From Mycobacteriales bacterium (GTDB lineage Bacteria; Actinomycetota; Actinomycetes; Mycobacteriales; SCTD01), in the NCBI GenBank assembly GCA_038256525.1, contig JBBSKF010000002.1, forward strand, positions 6,563 to 70,562: a DNA stretch of 64,000 nt. Direction: 5' to 3'. This document shows positions 25,301 to 34,300 of this stretch, piece by piece (the stretch's first letter is position 1; each line of letters opens with the position of its first letter). Both the position numbers and the translations under genes were made by a program. Below the pieces are notes generated by a model. That model had not been told where the DNA came from. It was given only the letters and a program-made list of their open reading frames with translations, and made no database searches.

Positions 25301-28300
25301 GGTCTTGAGGCGCAGCAGGATGTCCGCGCCGGCCGACAGGCCGCCGGCGGCGATGTCGAGCTTGCCGGAAAGGTAACCGGCCAGGCCACCACCGGGCAGC
25401 AGGAGGAACGCGCCCTCCCCGTCGGTCAGTGTGGCGCCGGCCAGTGAGCTGCCGACGTCGACCGAGACCCCCGTCGCGCCGACGACGGTCACCACCACGC
25501 CCGCGGCGGTGGTGCGCTGCTCGAAGGCGAAGGTGCCCTGCACCGCAACGGCAGTCGGGACCGTCAGGGTCGCGCCACTGACCTCCACCCGAAGGTACGG
25601 GCCGGCCGGCAGCGTCAGGACGGTGGGAACACCCGCCACGGTGAAGGTCTCGGTGACCTGGGTCGGCGCGGTGTTGACGAGCACCCGGGCCGCGCCGGTA
25701 AGGGTGAAGCCGGCGGCGCCGTCCACGCTCACGGTGGCGTCGAGCCTCGCGGCGACGCCGGCGGCGGTGACCAACAGCTGACCGGTCGCGCCGGAGACCG
25801 TGAGCGGGCCGAGCACGAGCAGCGGGTTCGCACCGACGCTGCTGATCGCCGCCTTCACGACCGGGGCGCCCGTCGGGGTGGTGGCCGCCTCGAAGCTCAC
25901 CGCCGCCTGCAGCAGCTGGCCGGCGACGGTGAGCTCCACGTCGCTGCTGCGGACCACGAGCGTGCGGGTCGCAGCCCGGGTGTCGAGGTCGACGGTGAGG
26001 TTGCTCGCGAGGCTGATGCCCGGGACGGCGAAGGTGACGGCCCCGCTGAACGTGCCGTGCGCGCCGGTCGGCGTCAGCGTGAGCCCGGCGGAGGCCCCGG
26101 TCACGGCGAGCAGGCCGCCCGCGAGCTCGAGCCGCGCACCGCTGACGGTGAGCACGGTGTTGCCGGACACCGGGTCCCGCTCGACGACGACGTCACCGGT
26201 CAGCCGCTGACCGAGCACGTCGAGCACGATCCCGGTTCCGGCGAACCGGACGTACGACGAGCTGGACGGCGCAGGGAGCGCCAGCAACACCTGGGTGCCG
26301 CCCAGCTCGAAGATCTCGTTGACTGCGGTCGGGATGCTGTTGACCTGCAGCGCGAGCGGGCCGGTCAGCCGCACGCCGGGGACGTCGACGGTGACGGCTC
26401 CGGTCAGCTGCGCGGCCACCCCCGCCCCACGCAGCAGCACGACGCCCTGCCCGTCGGTGAGCCGGACGAAGCCGCCCAGGGAGAGCGAGATGCCGGTGGC
26501 AGCGATGCGTACGACGGTCGTGCCGCCCTGCGTCGTCGTCCGCTCCAGCGACAGGTCGCCGGTCAGCGTCTGCCCGCCGACGGTGAGCGCGGCGCCGAGG
26601 GCCTCGACCCGCAGGTAGGGCCCCGCCGGCAGGTCACCGGCGGCAGTCGCGGTCGTGTTGACCGCGACGGTCACGGCACCGAGCGTCAGGGCGCCGGCGA
26701 AGGACGTGACCGACGCGGAGAGCCGGCCCGACACCCCACCCGCCGCGAGCAGCAGGGAGCCCTGCACCGATCCGAGACCGAGGAAGTTCGTCGTCCCGTC
26801 ACCGAGCGACAGCGTCCCGTCGGTGACGGCGACGCGGGTGACGGGGGACCCGCCGATGCTGGTGCGCTCGAGGTCCAGCCTCGCAGCCGTGACGGTCACG
26901 CCGGCGATCGTCAGGCCGATCCCGGTGCCGGTGAGCCGCAGATAGGGGCCGGCCGGGTACGTCACGGACCCGGCGGTGAACTCAGCCGGCGTGGTGTTGA
27001 CAGCCAGTCGCAGCGTCCCCGCCGTGAGCGTCGCGCCCGGGACGGAAAGGGCCACGGTCCCGGTCAGGACGCCGGAGATCCCGGCCGGTCCTAGCGCCAG
27101 CGTCCCGGCGCCGCCCGTCAGCGACGCGACCGGCGCGGCGCCGTCGCGCAGCACCAGCTCGAGGTTCGCGGCCGTGACGCTGAAGCCGGTAGCGGTGCGT
27201 GCGAACGTGAGGTCCCCGGTGAAGGTGGAGCCGAGCACGCCGACGGTGAGCCCGATCCCGCGGATACGGACGTACGGCGCCGCGACCGTCCCGGTCTCGT
27301 CCAGCGCCGGGTTCGGGTCGTCGACGAAGGCGACGCTCACGTCGCCCGCACCGTCGGGGAACGCCACGATCTGGTTCACCGCAGCGTCGATCTGGTTGAC
27401 CCGCACCCGCAGCTGCCCGCCGACGGTGAGCCCGGCGAAGCCGACCAGCTCGACCAGGCCGCTGACGTCCAGGGCGTACGCGCCGGCGACCACGACGAAG
27501 CCGACCGTCGCGCCGGTGATCAGCAGGCCACGGGCGAGTGGGTTGCGGGAGCCGTCCGCCAGGAGGGCCGGCCCATCACCGACGAAGACGGTGAGGTTGC
27601 GGCCGGCGAACTGCGCCGGACCGGCGCTGAAGTCACCCTCGATCGTGACCAGGTTGCCGATGGTGAGGGTGCCGCCGGTGATCGACAGATCGAACAGCGG
27701 CGCGGCATCGCCGAAGGCGACCTCGAGCTCCCGCCCGCCGATGGACACCGTCTGGGTGAATGCCTCACCCGTGGTGTTGACCCGCAGCAGCACGTTCGCG
27801 CCGACCAACAGGCCGCTGCCCGAGCCGGTGGCCTTGCCCGACAGGTAGCCGCCGACGCCCGACCCGCGCAGGACGAGCACGCCGTCCCCGGCAGACAGGA
27901 TGGCGGTGCTCTCGACGGACGCCGTTATCCCGGACAGGGCGATCACCGTGCTCGCCTCGCCGCCCGCGGGCTCCGAGCGGGTGAACGCCAACGTGCCGGC
28001 GAGGGTCCCCGGTCCGAGGTCGATCGAGGTCGTGACCTCGACCCGGACATACGGCCCGGCCGGCAGGACGAGCGAACTGGGAAGCGTGGCTGCGGACGGG
28101 CGGGTGTTGACGTCGACCCGCACCGCCGTCGTCGTGATGGACAGCGAGGCGGGCAGGGAGAACACCGCGCTGCCGGTCAGCGACCCGGCGACCCCGTCGG
28201 GTGTGATGACCAGCGTGCCGGACGTGACGGTGACGACGACCCGGTGCGTGTCCGGACCCGACGTCGGTATGTACGGACCGAGCTTCACCGCGACGCCGGT

Positions 28301-31300
28301 GAGGGTGACCGTGACGACCGGACCGGTCGTGGGGGTGGTGCGCTCGAAGGAGAAGCCGCCGGTGAGCTCGACGCCCGCGACCGTGAGGGTGCCTGCTGTC
28401 GAGGCGATCCGGACGTACGGCGTTGCCGCCCCGGTGTCGATGCTGCCGGTGAAAGTGCCGGTGGCGAGGACCCCGGGGGCGGTCACGGTGAGGCTGCCGC
28501 TGACCGTGCCGGACAGCCCGGAAGCGGTGGCGGTGAAGGTCGCGGAGCCGCCCGAGAGTGTGAGCAGCCCGCCGGCGAGCGACAGCGACGCGTTCGCGAC
28601 CGTGAGGGTGGTGACCGTGCCGTCGCTGGTCACCGCCAGGTCGCCGGACAGCCGCTGGCCGAGGATGTCGAGCACGACGGCGGTTCCGGCGAAGCGCAGG
28701 TAGGGGCCAGCCGGCAGCACCAGCCGGGTCTGGATCCCGTCGAGGGTGAAGGTCTCGTCGACAGCCGCACCGGTGTTGAGCTGCACGGAGAACGCGCCCG
28801 TCACCGTGACCCCGGGGATGGCCACGACGACGTCGCCGCTGAGCTGGCCGGCCCGGTCGGCGCCGAGCAGCAGCACCGTCCCGGCGCCGTTGACCAGTCG
28901 GACGAGCGGGGCGGTCGAGGTGGGGAAGGCGACCGTCGCGCCGGACAGCACGACCCGGATCAACGCGCCGGCCGGCGTGACCACCCGCTCGAAGGCGAGG
29001 TCGGCGAGCACCGGCTGCCCGGCCACCGTGAGGGTGGCGCCGAGGGCCTCCACCCGGACGTACGGCCCGGCGGGCAGACCCTCGGCGGCGGCCGAGGTGG
29101 TGTTCACGGCCACCGTCACCGCGCCGGTGAAGGTGAACCGGGCGAGCCCGGCCGCGTCGACCGTGGCGGTGAGTCGGCCGGCGACGCCGCCGGCGCCGAG
29201 CACCAGGCTGCCGGTGACCGCGAGCGTCAGGGTGCTGCCGCCGGCGGCGAGGACGAGGCTGGCGGTGTCGACCGTCAGCCGGTCGACCGTCGACGCCCCG
29301 GTGCCGGTCCGCTCGAAGGCGAAGCCGCCGGTGAGGCTCTGGCCGGCCACGGTGAGGGTCACGGCGCTGCCGGTGAAGCGCAGGTAGGGGCCGGCCGGGA
29401 CGCTGGACACCGGCCCGGGCAGCAACTGCACGCTGCCGGTCGTGTTGACGGCGACGGTGAGGCTGCCCGAGGTCAGGGCGACACCCGGGAGGTCGAGGGC
29501 GACCGTCCCGGTGAACGCGCCCGCCAGCCCGGCCGCGGAGATGCGCAGGGCGCCCGCGCCGCCGGTGAGCCGAACGACGGGGCTGCCGGCGCCGGCCGGC
29601 GCCAGGGAGACCGACAGCCCGCTCGCCGCGACGTCGAACCCGCTGGCGGTGGTCGTGAGCACGAACGACCCGGCGAAGCTCGCGAGCCCACCGGCGAGGG
29701 CGAGCGTGGCATTCGTCGCCGTGATGGTCGTCGCGGCGCCGCTCGTCAGGCTCACATCCCCGGTCAGTCGCTGGCCGAAGACGTCCAGGACCACGCCGGT
29801 GCCCGCGAAGTGGAGGAACGAGCCGCCCGGCAGCACCAGCCTGGTCTCGACCCCGCCGAGGGTGAAGGTCTCGTCGACCCCCGCGGTCGCGGTGTTGAAC
29901 TGGACCGAGAAGGCGCCGGTGGCCGTCACGCCCGGGATGCTGACGACGACATCGCCGCGGAGCTGGCCGGCGCGCTCGGTGCCTTGCAGCAGCACCGTGC
30001 CGGCGCCGTTCACCAGGCGGACGAGCGGGCTGGCGGTCGACGGGAAGGCCAAGGAGGCGCGGGACATCGCGACCCGGACGATGCTGCCGCCGGTCTCGGT
30101 CGAGCTCGCCACCCGCTCGAAGGCGAGGTCGGCCGTGATCCTGTGGGTCGCCACCGTGAGGGTGCCGCCGACGACCTCGACCCGCAGGTACGGCCCGGCC
30201 GGCAGGCCCTCGAGACTGGCCGTCGTCGTGTTGACGGAGATCGAGAGCGCACCGGACAGTGCGAACCCGGCCAGGCTCGAGGAGGCGACGATCGCCGACA
30301 GCCGGCCGGCGACACCACTCGCGCCGGCCGTCAGGCTGCCGCCCACCGACCCGAGCGTCAGGTAGGTCGTGCCACCGGCCGCGACCGTGAGAGCGGCGTT
30401 GCTGACGGTCAGCCGGGTCGTGTCCGACGGTCCGGTCCCGGCGCGCTCGATCGACACCGCCGCCCCGGTGAGGGTCTGACCGGCGAGCACCACGTCGACA
30501 CCGGCAACGTCGATCCGCAGGTACGGCCCGGCGGGAACAGGTCCGCCGGTGCCCAGCGACTGTGCGGCCCCGGTGGTGTTGAGCACGACGGAGACGACGT
30601 CGGAGCTGAGCGAGACCCCCGGCAGGGACAGCGCGAGGGTGCCGGCGAGCCGTCCGGCCACCCCGCCGGCAGAGGTCCGCAGCACCCCGGTGCCGGCCGT
30701 GACGGTGACCGCCGGGGTCGCCGTGCCGGCGGCCGGCAGGACGAACGACACGTCGCTGGCAAGGACGTCGAACCCGCCGGCGACCCTGGCGAAGTTGAAC
30801 GTGCCGGTCAGCGTCGAGCCGAGGGAGCCGAGCGCGAGGTCGACACCCCGGACCAGGACGTACGGCGAGGCGCCCGCGACCTCGGCGGCCGTGAACACCA
30901 CCCTCGCCGAGCCGCCGCCCGGCAACGGGATCGTCTCGTCGATCACGGTGGCGAAGGTGTTCACCCGCACCGCCAGCTGGCCACCGAGCGTGCCGCCGGG
31001 CAGCCCGATCAGCTGCACGGTGCCGACCGCGTCCAGCGCGTACAGCGGTGTGCTGTCCGTGCTCTTCACCAGCCCGATGCGGGCGCCGGTGACGAGCAGC
31101 CCGCGGGCCAGCGGGTTCACCGTCCCGTCGGCGAGCCAGCCCGGCCCCTCCCCGACGAACAGGCTCAGCCCGGTCGCAGCGAGCACGAGCCGACCGTTGC
31201 TGGCCGTGAAGGTGAGGTCGCCCCGAATGCTGACCGCGTCGCCGATCGTCAGCACCACGCCGATCAATGACAACGCGAACAGGCCGGTCTCGAGGATGTC

Positions 31301-34300
31301 GATGCTGAGCTCTCGCCCGTCCTGCGTGACGGTCTGCGACACCGGCGCACCGGTGCCGTTGAATCGCAGCACCGCGGTGGCGCCTACGGCGAAACCGGAG
31401 TCGGGGATCGCGACGGTCCCGCGCAGGTAGCCCGCTGCGCCGCTTGCGGTCAGGACCAGCACGCCGTCGCCGGTGAGCACCGGGTCCGGTGCGGTTCCGA
31501 TGCGCGCAGCGACGCCGAACAGGCCCACGACGACCACGGGGGCTACGCCGTCGCGGGCCTGTCGCTCGAGGGTCAGCGAGCCCGTCAGTGAGCCGAGGCT
31601 GCCGAGGGTGAGGGTGGCGCTTTGCAGGGTCACCCGGGTGTACGGCCCGGCCGGCAGTCCCAGCGCCGCCGTTCGCCGGGTGTTGACGTCCACGGTCGCG
31701 GTCGTGGCGGTGGTTGTCAGCGCGCCCGGCCCGGTGAGCGACGGTGTGCCGGTGAAGCTCCCGGCCATCCCGGTCGCGTCGAGCAGCAGGGTGGCCGAGC
31801 CGTCGGTCACGGTGAGCGTCTGCGACCCGGCGGCCAGCAGGAGTCCGACCATTCCTGCGGTCAGGGTCAGTGCCGAGCCGGTACGGGTGACGCTGAGCGA
31901 TCCGGCCGTGACCTGCTGGCCGGCGAAGGTGAAGGTCTGGGTCGAGCTGCTGGTCGCCGACAGGGTGCCGACCGGCGTGTCGAGCAGGATGCCGCCAACC
32001 GTCGGCGGCGTGGCCACGCCCTCGTTGAACCCGATCTCCCAGTCCGCGCCGGACAGGCTCACCAGCGGCACGCCGGCCAGCGCGACGGTCCCGCCGACGA
32101 CCTTGAAGGTGGCCGCGTGGCTGGCCGGCGTCGTGCCCTGAACGACCTGCAGCGCGAAGCCGGTGGCGGTCATCGTGAGTGCCGGGCCACCAGGGACACC
32201 GATGCTCGCAGCGACGTTCGCGGCCGAGATCTCGAGGGCTGCGCCGCTCTGGCTCAGCGTCGCGGTGGTCGCCGTCACGGTGACGACCCCGCCGAGGTCG
32301 AGCTGAACATCGTTCAGCTGAAGCGAGAAGTCGCCCGCGTCGAGCGCGTCGGCGGTCAGCACGTAAGTCCCGTTGAGCAACGCCGTGACCAGCAGCCGCT
32401 GCCCGCCGATCGGCAGCTCCAGCCGGATCCGGCCGCTGATCGCCGCCGACCCGGTATACGGCCCGCTGCCGGTGAGGCCGCTGACCGTCACCTGCGGCTG
32501 CTCGAGCACCAGCACCCCGCCGAGGTCGACATCCCCCGGCGCGTAGGTGCGCGGTGTGGCCAGCGCCTCGGCAAGATAGCTCTGCAGCAGCGGCACGACC
32601 AGGCCGAGCAGGCCGTCGAGCGGGGTTCCGGGGGCAAAGGTGCTGAAGTGCGGCAGGGCGGCCGTCACGGTGCCGGTCACGGCGTCGAACGTGGTCGCGA
32701 TCGGCTCCAACCGGCCGGACGGGTCGACGTACCAGATCGCCGAGGCCGGCGCCGCGCCGACGACGACGGTGAGGACCGGGGCCACGCGGAAGGTGGTGAC
32801 GGCCGCGCCGGTCGCCGCGTCGTAGGCCTCCAGGTCGTAGACCGCTGAGGTGGTCAGCAGTCCGGGCACACCGGTGACCCGCGCGGTGATGGTCACCCAC
32901 ACGTCGGCGGGCAGGAAGCCGGGGGCGAAGACGAGGGTTGCGCCGTCGGCGGAGAGGGTGCCGCCACTGGCGGCTGAAACGAGGACCGCTCCGGCAGGTG
33001 GCTCGAAGGCCGGCATCTGCGGGAGGGAGGTGAAGGGGCCGGTGGTGCTGATACCCGTCGTGTCGTCGGCGACGAGGACGGTGGTGGTCGGGTCGGTACG
33101 GGAGAGGGTGCCGTCGAGGACGGCGCGGCTGGTGGCGACGAGCTGCTGCGGGCTGGTCGCGCCGGTTGGTGGTCCGCGGCTCGCCCGCACGGTGAGGTCG
33201 CCGCCGGTGACGATGTCGCCGGACACGGCGGCGAGCGCGAGCGCCTCACCGATCACGAGGGTCAGGTTGCGGGCGGCCAGCGCGCCGGCGCCGCCGAGGG
33301 CGGCGGTGATGGCAAGGGCCGAGGCGAGCAGCGACACCGGCACCGAGATCGGCCCCCCGGAGCGGACCGGCAGGCCGGCCGGCAGGTCGGCCCGGCTCGA
33401 CGCCACGACCGAAGCGATGGCCACCCCGGCGAAAGCCTCGGCCGAGGTCAGCTCGCCGGTCGGGTAGGTCCACGCCGGCGCAGCCGCCGCGAGCGCCGCG
33501 GCGTCGAGCACGCTTGCCAGCAGCCCGGCGGCGGTGCGCGAGAGAGCCGAGACGTCCGGCAGCGACGCCCAGCCGCCGCGGGACGTGGTGCGCACGGTCG
33601 AGGCGCCCGTGGCAGCGACGTGGATCGCGCCGGCAACGTCCACCGGCCGGCCCGTGGTCGCGTGGGTCTCGTGCCGGGCGACGGTGACGGCGGCGCCGTC
33701 GGCGGTGGTCGTCGCCGTGGCGTCCTGCGTGGCCGTCACGGTGAGGTCGCCGAGAAGGACCAGCGACGGCCCGGTGCCGAGATCGGACCGGGTGAGGACG
33801 GTGGACAGGGTGACCGCCGAACCGGTGCCGGCCGCGGTGGTGGCGCTGCTGTCGGCCGTGTCGGTCGAGGCGGCGCCGACGGTGAGGTGGCGGGCGCCCC
33901 GCAGGCCGGTGCCCTCGCCCAGGCTGCTGGCCGTACGGTCATCGACCACCACCACGGCGAGTGACGGGGCGTCGGATCCGCCGGTGGCCCCGGCCGAGGT
34001 GTCCCCGGTCGACTGCGAGCGGATGACCGCGTCCGTGCCGCCAGCCGTGAGGTCGCCGCCGGCTCCGGTCGCGGAGGTGTCGAACCGGGAGACCGCGACG
34101 GCGAGCGCGTTGTCGGATCCCGACAACGCGCGTACGTCGGTGGCGCCCTGCGCCAGGACCGCCTCTGCAGTGAGCAGCGGGCCCACCACCGTGAGCGGAC
34201 CGCCGATGCTGGCCCGCGTGACGAGGGTGTGCAGCCCGACGGCGACGGCCGCGCCGCGCTGCGCACCCGAGGCGTCGGCCACGACGTCCGCCCGGCCGCC

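Noticed and set aside
13990-32300. Regularly spaced repeats that could superficially suggest a CRISPR-like or satellite array.
   Set aside because: The units are about 340 nt, degenerate, in-frame and translate to a conserved protein repeat. There are no short identical repeats separated by unique spacers and no cas genes.
27765-32900. 1,711-aa minus-strand ORF, plus 16101-18236, 33939-35720, 10452-11573 and 978-1868 (all minus, end mod 3 = 2).
   Set aside because: These are on the correct strand but shifted one frame from the real gene. Their translations are extreme Arg/Gly/Pro/His strings (e.g. RRGRGRRR...) with no protein-like features.
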